Source: an uncultured Candidatus Rokubacteria bacterium
Lineage (GTDB): Bacteria > Methylomirabilota > Methylomirabilia > Rokubacteriales > DASRDR01
Assembly (NCBI GenBank): GCA_963805625.1
Contig: CAWDVE010000016.1
Coordinates: 192,001-256,000 of the forward strand
Length of the DNA: 64,000 bases
Direction: 5' to 3'
Shown here: piece after piece, positions 1 to 7,941 of the stretch
Position numbering within the stretch: position 1 is the stretch's first letter
How the letters are laid out: every line of letters starts with the position of its first letter
The notes under the pieces: generated by a model
Told to the model about the DNA's origin: nothing
Seen by the model: only the letters and a program-made list of their open reading frames with translations
Database searches by the model: none
Program-made: the position numbers and the translations under genes

Positions 1-788
1 GCGCCCCGGCCCCGGCGGTCGAGGCGGACGGTAGGGCGCTCGCGCGCGCCGTGAGGGCCGAGGGAGTGCGGCGACTCTACGCCGACCACGGCTGGGCGAG
101 CCGCGTCGCCCTTGCCGATCCCGCGATCCGCGTTCCACCCGCCAACCTCCAGCTGGACGACTACGGCTTCAAGGGATCGGCGGCGATGCTGCTCCCGCCC
201 TTTCACTGGGAGGCCGGGACCGGAGTCCTGCTGGAGTCCGCCGATACTGAGGCCTTCGCCGAGGTGGCCCGCGCGGGCGGGCTGGCGTTCACCCAGCGGA
301 TTCTCGACGGGCTTGCGCTCTTCGTTCACGCGCCGGCCGCGCCGCCCGGGCCGCTCCTCGCGGCAAGCGCGCTCGGCGTGACCGCCGCGCGGCAGCCGAA
401 GCGCGCGGGCCTCGCGGTCGACGGGGATCCCGCGACGCGCTGGGCCACGGCGGGCCCGCGCGAGGCCGGCGACTGGTTTCGCGTGGACCTCCCGGCGGCC
501 CGATCGCTTCGCGGCGTGCGGCTCTCCGCGGACAACCCCGCCGACCTGCCGCCCGAGCTGGCCGTGGAGAGCTCGCGCGACGGCATGCACTGGGAGCACC
601 TCGCCGCGACGCTGCGGTCGGAGCACCAGTATCGATGGGCCGGCTTCGGCGTCCTCGACGAGGGTGCCATCGCCCTCAGGCTCGAGTTCCCGCCGGTCAC
701 GGTGAGGGCACTCCGCCTGGTGCTGCCGGCGGGTGACCCGGTGTTCGACTGGTCGATCAACGAGCTCGCCGTCTACGGCGGGGAATGA
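1..788 (+). CDS. C-terminal part of a protein with an F5/8 type C (discoidin) domain, probably a GT-C membrane glycosyltransferase like 24470-27250; 5' end lies outside the window
   Basis: AVDGDPATRWAT...WFRVDL...SSRDGMHW...VRALRL...WSINELAVY is a discoidin signature; resembles the discoidin region of the 24470-27250 protein. Confidence 0.65.
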   Translation, partial: APAPAVEADGRALARAVRAEGVRRLYADHGWASRVALADPAIRVPPANLQLDDYGFKGSAAMLLPPFHWEAGTGVLLESADTEAFAEVARAGGLAFTQRILDGLALFVHAPAAPPGPLLAASALGVTAARQPKRAGLAVDGDPATRWATAGPREAGDWFRVDLPAARSLRGVRLSADNPADLPPELAVESSRDGMHWEHLAATLRSEHQYRWAGFGVLDEGAIALRLEFPPVTVRALRLVLPAGDPVFDWSINELAVYGGE

Positions 789-1068
789 AGCCGCGTACGC
801 TTGGGAGCGCGCGCAATTGGCAGGAAAGGGGCACTACCAGGAAGCGCGCTGGAGGGTCTGGGTCCGCAACATGTTGCCCTCGCCGTGGGCGAGACGCGGC
901 CTGGGGAGTTTCAGGGGAAGACTCCCGTAGGCTTCGAGTTGGCCGCGTTCGCCGTGCAGGCGGGACGCCGGTCGGGAGGAGACGGTGGGAATTGAACCCG
1001 CGAGGCGGCGCGCCCCGCGAGGGAGATGACGCGCGGGGCCGTCGTCGTGGCGCCTGCCGGCGGGCCCC

Positions 1069-1077
1069 TGCTATACT
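1069..1077 (+). promoter_or_regulatory. Extended -10 element (TGCTATACT) of a probably leaderless promoter
   Basis: Lies 6 nt upstream of the ATG at 1084, with no Shine-Dalgarno sequence. Confidence 0.55.
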
Positions 1078-1083
1078 CGGCGC

Positions 1084-2070
1084 ATGCGCACGCTCGTCAC
1101 CGGCGGCACCGGGTTCACCGGCAGCCATCTCGTCCGGCGCTTGCTGGCGCGGGGCGATCAGGTGCGCGTTCTCGACGCCGCCCCGGGGCTGTTCCACGAC
1201 GAGCTCCAGCGTCTCGGCACGGAGATCACGCTCGGTAGCGTGACGGACAAGGCGCTCGTCGACCGGCTGGTGGCCGGGACCGACGTCGTCTTCCACCTCG
1301 CGGCCGCTTTCCGGAAGATCAACCTCCCCAAGCGGGAGTACTGGGAGGTCAACTGCCAGGGCACGCGCTACGTGGCCGAGGCGTGCCTCCGGCACCAGGT
1401 GCGCCGGCTCGTGTACTGCTCGACCCAGGGCGTGCACGGACACGTCGCCCACCCGCCCGGCGACGAGACGTCGCCGATCGCCCCGGAGGACTACTACCAG
1501 CAGACGAAGTACGACGGGGAGCAGGCGCTCTGGGAGGTCGCCCGCGGCGGCCTCGAGGCGAGCGTGGTCCGCCCCATGGGCATCTACGGCCCCGGTGACC
1601 CGGGCCGCTTCCTCATGCTCTACCGCGCGGTCCGGCGGGGGCGTTTCCTCATGTTCGGTGACGGTGAGACCTTCTATCATCCCTGCTACATCGACAACCT
1701 CGTCGACGCGTTCGAGCTGGCCGCGGAGCACCCGAAGGCCGTGGGCGAGACGTACCTGATCGGCGACGACCGCTACGTGTCGCTCAACGAGTTGGTGCGG
1801 ACGGTGGCGGAGAGCCTCGGGCAGCAGGTGAGGATCGTCCATCTCCCGTTCGCGCCGCTGTGGGCCGCCTCCGCTCTCTGCGAGGCGGTGCTCATGCCGC
1901 TCGGGGTCGAGCCGCCCCTGTTCCGGCGGCGGGCCGACTGGTTCCGCCAGACGCGCGCGTTCACCATCGACAAGGCGGTGCGGGAGCTCGGCTTCGTCGC
2001 CCGCATCCCCCTCGCGGAGGGCCTCCGGCGCACGGCGGCCTGGTATCGCGAGCACGGCTACCTCCGCTAG
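1084..2070 (+). CDS. NAD-dependent epimerase/dehydratase (extended SDR)
   Basis: TGGTGFTG Rossmann motif, HLAA, YQQTK catalytic YxxxK, IYGPGD. Confidence 0.9.
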   Translation: MRTLVTGGTGFTGSHLVRRLLARGDQVRVLDAAPGLFHDELQRLGTEITLGSVTDKALVDRLVAGTDVVFHLAAAFRKINLPKREYWEVNCQGTRYVAEACLRHQVRRLVYCSTQGVHGHVAHPPGDETSPIAPEDYYQQTKYDGEQALWEVARGGLEASVVRPMGIYGPGDPGRFLMLYRAVRRGRFLMFGDGETFYHPCYIDNLVDAFELAAEHPKAVGETYLIGDDRYVSLNELVRTVAESLGQQVRIVHLPFAPLWAASALCEAVLMPLGVEPPLFRRRADWFRQTRAFTIDKAVRELGFVARIPLAEGLRRTAAWYREHGYLR

Positions 2071-2072
2071 CC

Positions 2073-3956
2073 ATGTGCGGCATTGCCGGCGTCTTCGAGT
2101 TCCGCCCGGGGCAGGTGCCCCAGCCCCACGTTCTCGAGGCGATGGGGAAGGTGATCGAGCACCGCGGCCCCGACCAGGGCGCCGTCTTCCAGGATGGCCC
2201 CATCGGGCTCGTCGCGCGGCGCCTCCGGATCATCGACCTGTCACCCGCCGGATCCCAGCCCATCCCGAACGAGGACGGCACGATCCAGCTCGTCTACAAC
2301 GGCGAGATGTTCAACCACGAGGGGCTGCGCCAGGAGCTCCAGGCGCTCGGGCATCGCTTCCGGGGGCGCTGCGATTCGGAGGTCGTCGTCCACGCCTACG
2401 AGGCGTGGGGCCCGCGCTGCGTGGAGCGCTTCCGCGGGTTCTTCGCGTTCGCGCTCTGGGACAGCGTCCGCGGGGAGCTCCTGCTGGCGCGCGACCGGAT
2501 CGGGATCAAACCGCTCTACTACGCGTGGTCCGAGGACCGCCTGGTCTTCGGCTCGGAGATCAAGGCGATCCTCGAGCACCCGGACGTCCCCCGGGCCATG
2601 GACCTCCAGTCCATGTACCACTACCTGGGCTACGAGTTCGTGCCCGGGCCGGCGACCATGTTCCAGGGGATCCGGAAGCTCCCGCCGGGCACCATCGCGC
2701 GAGTCCGCGGCGGCCGCCTCGAGATCGAGCCCTACTGGGAGCTGCGGTTCGAGGACGCGCCCGACGACGCGGCGACGCTCGCCCGGCGGGTCCGTGAGAC
2801 GTTCCGGGACTCCGTGCACGCGTGGATGATGTCGGACGTCCCGGAGGGTGTGTTCCTCTCGGGCGGGCTCGACTCGACGGCGGTTCTGGCCTTCACGCGT
2901 GAGGCTACGACCGGGCCGCTCCCCACCTTCACGCTCGGCTACGACGATCCCTCGTTCAGCGAGTGGGAGTACGCGCGCGAGGCCGCGCGCTACTACGGGA
3001 CCGAGCACCGCGAGATCCGCGTCCCCCCGATCACGCCCGACGTGATCGAGCAGACCGTCTGGCACCTCGACGAGCCGATGACGGACCTCTCGGCCGTGCC
3101 CCTGTTCCTCCTGTGCCGGGAGGCGCGGCGGGATGTCACCGTCTGCATGTCGGGCGAGGGCGGGGACGAGGTCTTCGTCGGCTACGACCGGTTCGTCGCC
3201 TCGAAGGCCGAGCGATTCTATCGGATGCTGCCGCGCGCGCTCCGGCGCGGGGTGATCGAGCCCCTGGTCATGCGGCTCCCGGATCAGGAGCAGAAGAAGG
3301 GGCCGGTCGTCGTCCTCCGGCGGTTCATCGAAGGGGCCCGCCTCCATCCGGACGCCCTCCACATGCGCTGGCAGTACTTCGGCTCGGATGCCCTCGACGC
3401 GCGTCTCTTCCGGGAGACCGTGCTTCGCTCGGTCGACCGGGACCGCTTCGCGCCGATCCGCCAGGCGGCCGAGCGCTGCAACTCGCGCCGGCAGCTCGAC
3501 CGCGAGATCTTCGTGGACACTCGGTTCACGATGCCGGATTCGGTGCTGATGAAGGTCGACAAGATGTCGATGGCGCACGCGCTCGAAATCCGAGTGCCGC
3601 TGCTGGACCACCACCTGATCGAGCTGGCCGCCTCGATTCCACCGCGTCTGAAATTCCCGGGGTTCCGGACCCGCGCGATCTACCGGCGAGCGCTCGAGGG
3701 CGTGCTGCCCCCGAGGATCCTTGGACGCGGCAAGCAGGGCTACAGCCTTCCGCTCAAGCAGTGGCTCCGGAACGAGCTCCGCGACTACATGGTGCAGCTG
3801 CTCCGGGGATCCGAGGTGGTACGCGCGCACTTGGACCCGTCGGGTGTCGAGGCGCTCATCGGCGAGCACCTCGCTCGCCGCGCGAACCACAACCATACCC
3901 TCTGGGCCCTCATCAACCTGACGCTGTGGCACCGTCGGTTCATTGAGGGAGCCTGA
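2073..3956 (+). CDS. asnB: Asparagine synthase (glutamine-hydrolysing)-like amidotransferase
   Basis: Starts MCGIAG at 2073 (Ntn Cys); HRGPD, ARDRIGIKPLYY, LSGGLDS, SGEGGDE, KVDKMSMAHALE, KQGY. Confidence 0.93.
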   Translation: MCGIAGVFEFRPGQVPQPHVLEAMGKVIEHRGPDQGAVFQDGPIGLVARRLRIIDLSPAGSQPIPNEDGTIQLVYNGEMFNHEGLRQELQALGHRFRGRCDSEVVVHAYEAWGPRCVERFRGFFAFALWDSVRGELLLARDRIGIKPLYYAWSEDRLVFGSEIKAILEHPDVPRAMDLQSMYHYLGYEFVPGPATMFQGIRKLPPGTIARVRGGRLEIEPYWELRFEDAPDDAATLARRVRETFRDSVHAWMMSDVPEGVFLSGGLDSTAVLAFTREATTGPLPTFTLGYDDPSFSEWEYAREAARYYGTEHREIRVPPITPDVIEQTVWHLDEPMTDLSAVPLFLLCREARRDVTVCMSGEGGDEVFVGYDRFVASKAERFYRMLPRALRRGVIEPLVMRLPDQEQKKGPVVVLRRFIEGARLHPDALHMRWQYFGSDALDARLFRETVLRSVDRDRFAPIRQAAERCNSRRQLDREIFVDTRFTMPDSVLMKVDKMSMAHALEIRVPLLDHHLIELAASIPPRLKFPGFRTRAIYRRALEGVLPPRILGRGKQGYSLPLKQWLRNELRDYMVQLLRGSEVVRAHLDPSGVEALIGEHLARRANHNHTLWALINLTLWHRRFIEGA

Positions 3957-4938
3957 GCGCCTGCGCCGGGAAGGCGGCCGCCGCGGGCTTCGCCTCCGGA
4001 TCGCGGTCAGTCTCGCCCTCTTCCTCCTGCTCGTCCTCTTCGTCGACTGGGGCCGCCTGGGCGCGCGCCTCGGCACCGCGGATCCCCTCCTCATACTGGC
4101 CGTCGTGGCGCTGGCGACGGCGGACCGGCTCCTCATGGCGTGGAAGTGGTGGCTCCTCGTGCGGAGCCGGGACGCGGCCCTCGGGCTCTGGGCAGCGGTG
4201 CGCGCCTATTACCTGGCATCGTTCGCGGGGTACTTCCTTCCCATGACGGTGGGTGCCGACGCGGTCCGGATCGGGGCCCTCAGCGGCACGAGCCGCCCGG
4301 CGGTGCTGGTGGCGTCGGTGGTGCTCGAGCGCCTGATCGGCGCGCTTGCCCAGGCCGTGCTCGCCGTGCTGTCGGTGGCGACGCTGGTGACGCTCGGTCT
4401 CGGGGCCCGGGTGGGCCCGGCCGAGCGCTGGGGTCTGGGCGCGGCCGTCGCGCTCGCGTTCGGCGCATTCCCGTTCTCGTTCCCGGCCGCGCGGTGGGTC
4501 GCGGCGCGCCTCGGCTCCGGCGGAGGGTGGCGGAGGGCGCTTCGCGCGCTGGCCGAGCAGTACGCGGGGTATGGGGCGTCGACGGGCCTGCTGTGCGCGT
4601 TCTTCGCGCTGACCCTCCTCGAGGGCGGGTTTCCGGTCTCGATTCACTACGTGGCGGGGCGGGCGCTGGGCCTCGATCCGGGCTGGAGCTTCTACATCGC
4701 CACCGTGCCGCTCGTCTACTTGGTGGCTCGGCTGCCGGTGAGCCTGGGGGGCCTCGGGTTCCTGGAGCTGTCGTTCGTGTCACTGGCAGGCCTGCTCGGC
4801 GTGGGGTGGACGGACGCCTTTGCCATCACAGGCCTCGCGACCGCGCTGTACCTGGTGGCGCTCGTCCCCGGAGCGGTGCTCTACCTCATCCCGGTGCCGG
4901 CCTCCATCCGGTCCACGCCCCGGGAACGGCTGCCATGA
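3943..4938 (+). CDS. Lysylphosphatidylglycerol synthase TM / flippase-like membrane protein
   Basis: Polytopic; FLPMTVGADAVR, SVVLERL, LPVSLGGLGFLE motifs. Confidence 0.8.
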   Translation: MREPERLRREGGRRGLRLRIAVSLALFLLLVLFVDWGRLGARLGTADPLLILAVVALATADRLLMAWKWWLLVRSRDAALGLWAAVRAYYLASFAGYFLPMTVGADAVRIGALSGTSRPAVLVASVVLERLIGALAQAVLAVLSVATLVTLGLGARVGPAERWGLGAAVALAFGAFPFSFPAARWVAARLGSGGGWRRALRALAEQYAGYGASTGLLCAFFALTLLEGGFPVSIHYVAGRALGLDPGWSFYIATVPLVYLVARLPVSLGGLGFLELSFVSLAGLLGVGWTDAFAITGLATALYLVALVPGAVLYLIPVPASIRSTPRERLP

Positions 4939-5744
4939 GTGTCGAGGCCGGAGGCCGTCCGATCAGCCCTGGTGCGCGGAGCGAGGGCGGCCCGCCGAGC
5001 GCGAGCGACCGGCTGGCGGACGTTCCGGGGGCCCTGTTCGACCCGCGGCGGTCGAAGGTCGAGCGGTACGCCGACCTCGTTGTCGGCGAGCAGGGGTGGT
5101 GGCCACTCCTCCGCTACGAGCTCGTCATGCTGCTCGCCTCCTGGGTTCCCGGTGCCCTCGGCCTAGTGCTACGCGGCTGGCTGTATCCGTGGCTGCTCGG
5201 CGCCTGCGGTCGGAACGTCAGCTTCGGGACGGGTGTCGTGCTGCGGCACCCCGGGAAGATCCGGATCGGCAATGACGTCGCCATCGACGACGGATGCGCG
5301 CTGGACGCCAAGGGCTCGGCAAACCGCGGCATCGAGATCGGCTCTCGGGTGTTCCTCGGCCGGCACACCCTCCTCGCGTGCAAGGAGGGCGACATCGTGC
5401 TTGAGGATGGCGTCAACGTCTCGTACAACTGCACGGTATTCTCCGCATCGTCGGTCCGGATCGGGGCGGAGACCTTGCTGGCCGCCTACTGCTACGTGGT
5501 GGGCGGCGGGCACGACTTCGACCGGGCGGACGTTCCCGTCGTGCAGCAGGCGCGACCCTCCCGGGGGATCGCCGTGGGTCCGGGCGGCTGGCTCGGGGCG
5601 GGCGCGATCGTGCTCGACGGCGTCACCGTCGGGCCGAGCGCCATCGTGGGGGCACACGCGGTCGTGACGCAGGACGTTCCCGGCTATGCGATCGTTGCGG
5701 GCGCCCCGGCCCGCGTGGTCCGGGACCGGCGCCAGCCCGCATGA
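4935..5744 (+). CDS. Hexapeptide-repeat (left-handed beta-helix) acyltransferase
   Basis: ATG at 4935 overlaps the upstream stop; IRIGNDVAID repeats, WLGAGAIVLDGVTVG, AGAPARVVR. Confidence 0.88.
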   Translation: MSVEAGGRPISPGARSEGGPPSASDRLADVPGALFDPRRSKVERYADLVVGEQGWWPLLRYELVMLLASWVPGALGLVLRGWLYPWLLGACGRNVSFGTGVVLRHPGKIRIGNDVAIDDGCALDAKGSANRGIEIGSRVFLGRHTLLACKEGDIVLEDGVNVSYNCTVFSASSVRIGAETLLAAYCYVVGGGHDFDRADVPVVQQARPSRGIAVGPGGWLGAGAIVLDGVTVGPSAIVGAHAVVTQDVPGYAIVAGAPARVVRDRRQPA

Positions 5745-6850
5745 GCGCTCCGGCGACGGGCTCTCCGCCCGCCGTCCGGCCAGTGCCCTCGGGAGGGCCG
5801 GTCGCCGCGCGGCGCATGCCCCGCGGGCTGTTCCGTCTGGGCGTCGGGCTCCTGGTCTCGGGCGCCATCCTCGTCTACCTGTTCACGGTGCAGGGAGCCG
5901 ACCCCCGGGCGCTGGTCCCGCTCGTTCGAGCGATCTCGCTCCCGGGACTCCTGGCATACGTCGCCATCTCGGCCGTCGGCCTAGTCCTGCGCGCGCTGCG
6001 CTACCGCCTCCTTCTCGGCCGCCCCGTGCCGCTCTGGCCGCTCGTGCTGGTGACCGCGGTCCGCAACATGGCCGTCGACCTGATCCCCGCCCGGGCCGGG
6101 GCCGCCGCGAGCTATCTCTACCTGGTCACGGCCCGGCTCGGGCTCCCCCTCGAGGCCGGCGTCGCATCGTTCACGCTCTCGTTCATCCTCGACACACTCG
6201 CCGTGGCGCCGCTCCTCGTGCTCGCGCTGCTCGCCGTGGGGAACGCCCCCTTGCCGCCGGCCGTCCTCGTGGGCGGGAGCCTCGTGATCCTGCTCGGCTC
6301 CGGGGCCGCGCTCTGGGTGCTCGCCCCGATCCTCCGCCTCGGTGCGGTGGCGGCGGCCCGACTGCCGGGCCCCGTCGCCCGGCTGGTGCCGCTCTTCGGC
6401 GCGGCGGCGGGGGAGGTCGAGCGGCGCGAGCGCGCGCGCACCCTCGTGCCGGCCCTCGGTCTCTCGCTCCTCCTGCGACTCACGAAGTACGGCGCCTACT
6501 ACTGCTTGCTCCAGGCGCTCCTGGCCTCCCAGGACCAGCCGGGGCTCCAGTTCGGCTTTCTCCGCGTCTTCCTCTCGGTTGCGGGCGCGGAGATGGCCGC
6601 GTCCCTGCCGCTGCCGACCCTCATGAGCGTCGGCCCATACGAAGCGGCCGGCGCCGCGGGCTTCGCCTTCTGGCTCGGCCTGCCACGAGACCTCGCCACG
6701 CTCGCCGTGACCGCGTTCCACGGTCTGTCGCAGGTCCACGACTACGGGCTCGGGCTGCTCGCGCTCGTGTGGATCATGGCGACCCGCCCGCGCCGCCCTG
6801 TCGACCCAGGGTCGGATCGCGCGGCCGAGCGGTCTCTGCGGGATGCGTGA
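5741..6850 (+). CDS. Second flippase-like (LPG synthase TM family) membrane protein
   Basis: Polytopic; LRALRY, DLIPARAG, GPYEA motifs; ATGA coupling to upstream gene. Confidence 0.75.
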   Translation: MSAPATGSPPAVRPVPSGGPVAARRMPRGLFRLGVGLLVSGAILVYLFTVQGADPRALVPLVRAISLPGLLAYVAISAVGLVLRALRYRLLLGRPVPLWPLVLVTAVRNMAVDLIPARAGAAASYLYLVTARLGLPLEAGVASFTLSFILDTLAVAPLLVLALLAVGNAPLPPAVLVGGSLVILLGSGAALWVLAPILRLGAVAAARLPGPVARLVPLFGAAAGEVERRERARTLVPALGLSLLLRLTKYGAYYCLLQALLASQDQPGLQFGFLRVFLSVAGAEMAASLPLPTLMSVGPYEAAGAAGFAFWLGLPRDLATLAVTAFHGLSQVHDYGLGLLALVWIMATRPRRPVDPGSDRAAERSLRDA

Positions 6851-6972
6851 GGAGTGAATCGGGCGAGGATTCTCCCGGTGGGGCCGGCGTCGTTCGACGG
6901 GTCGAATCCGGAGGCTGGTGCTAGACTTTGTGACGTGAAGGGTGGGAGTGCCCTCGTGCTTCGAGGCGCCGT

Positions 6973-7932
6973 GTGATGCGGGAGACCGAGGTGGTCGAGG
7001 GCGCAGCGACGGATCCTGCCGTCGGTGGTCGGCCGTCGGGGTCACGCACGGCGACCGCGTGGCTCGACTACCTCCGGCCCCTCCGCTTCGACCACTGGAT
7101 CAAGAACCTCGTCGTTCCGGTCGGAAGCCTCCTGGCCCTGGCCGCCCACCGGTCCTACCCTAGCGGGACCAAAGTTGGTGCGATCGTCCTGGCGTTCGTC
7201 GTGTCCGGCCTGGTGTCGTCGGTCAACTATGCCGTGAACGAGATCCTGGACGCGCCGTTCGACGCGCGGCATCCGACGAAGCGGGATCGGCCCATCCCGT
7301 CTGGACGCGTACGTGTCGCGCCCCTCCTCGTCCTGACGGCCGCCGTCGCGCTCCTGGCGTTCGGAGTCTCATGGTGGCTCCTGCCCCCCGCCGCGCTCGG
7401 GGGCGCGGGCGCCCTGTTCGTCGCCGGGCTCGTGTACAATCTTCCGCCGCTCCGGCTCAAGGACTGGCCGTACCTCGACGCGGCCACCGAGTCCCTCACG
7501 AACCCGATCCGGATCGCGATCGGATGGCACGCCGTCGCCGCCGAGGCGCCTCCGGTGCTCCTGCTGGTCACCGTATGGGCCTTCGGGGCGTTCCTCATGA
7601 CCGGCAAGCGCCTGGCGGAGCTGAGGCTCCTCGGCGACCTCGCGGCGCGCTACCGCCCGACGTTCCAGGCGTACTCGGTGACGAGCCTGTTCGTCGTCCA
7701 GCTGGTCTACGCCCTGGCCGGCTTCGGAGCGCTCGCGCGTCTCGTGGTGACGCAGCGCCCGGAGGTGCTGCCCGCCCTCCCGCTGGTGGCGGTGCTTCTC
7801 GGCTGGGCGTTCAAGATGACCTTCGAGCCGGAGAGCCCCCTCATGGATCCGGAGCACCTGTACCGGCGCCCCATCTTCCTGCTCGTCGCCATCGCGGTCT
7901 TCGCCCTCCTGGTCGAGCTAGCCCTCGGCTAG
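6973..7932 (+). CDS. UbiA prenyltransferase family, decaprenyl-phosphate phosphoribosyltransferase (DPPR synthase)-like
   Basis: HWIKNL, NYAVNEILD..FDARHPTKRDRPIPSG, KRLAEL motifs characteristic of the Rv3806c-like subfamily. Confidence 0.8.
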   Translation: MMRETEVVEGAATDPAVGGRPSGSRTATAWLDYLRPLRFDHWIKNLVVPVGSLLALAAHRSYPSGTKVGAIVLAFVVSGLVSSVNYAVNEILDAPFDARHPTKRDRPIPSGRVRVAPLLVLTAAVALLAFGVSWWLLPPAALGGAGALFVAGLVYNLPPLRLKDWPYLDAATESLTNPIRIAIGWHAVAAEAPPVLLLVTVWAFGAFLMTGKRLAELRLLGDLAARYRPTFQAYSVTSLFVVQLVYALAGFGALARLVVTQRPEVLPALPLVAVLLGWAFKMTFEPESPLMDPEHLYRRPIFLLVAIAVFALLVELALG

Positions 7933-7941
7933 GGAACGGCA

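Noticed and set aside
978-1060. Complete tRNA gene
   Set aside because: Only a T-arm/acceptor-like 3' piece is present; no D-arm, anticodon arm or complementary 5' acceptor strand
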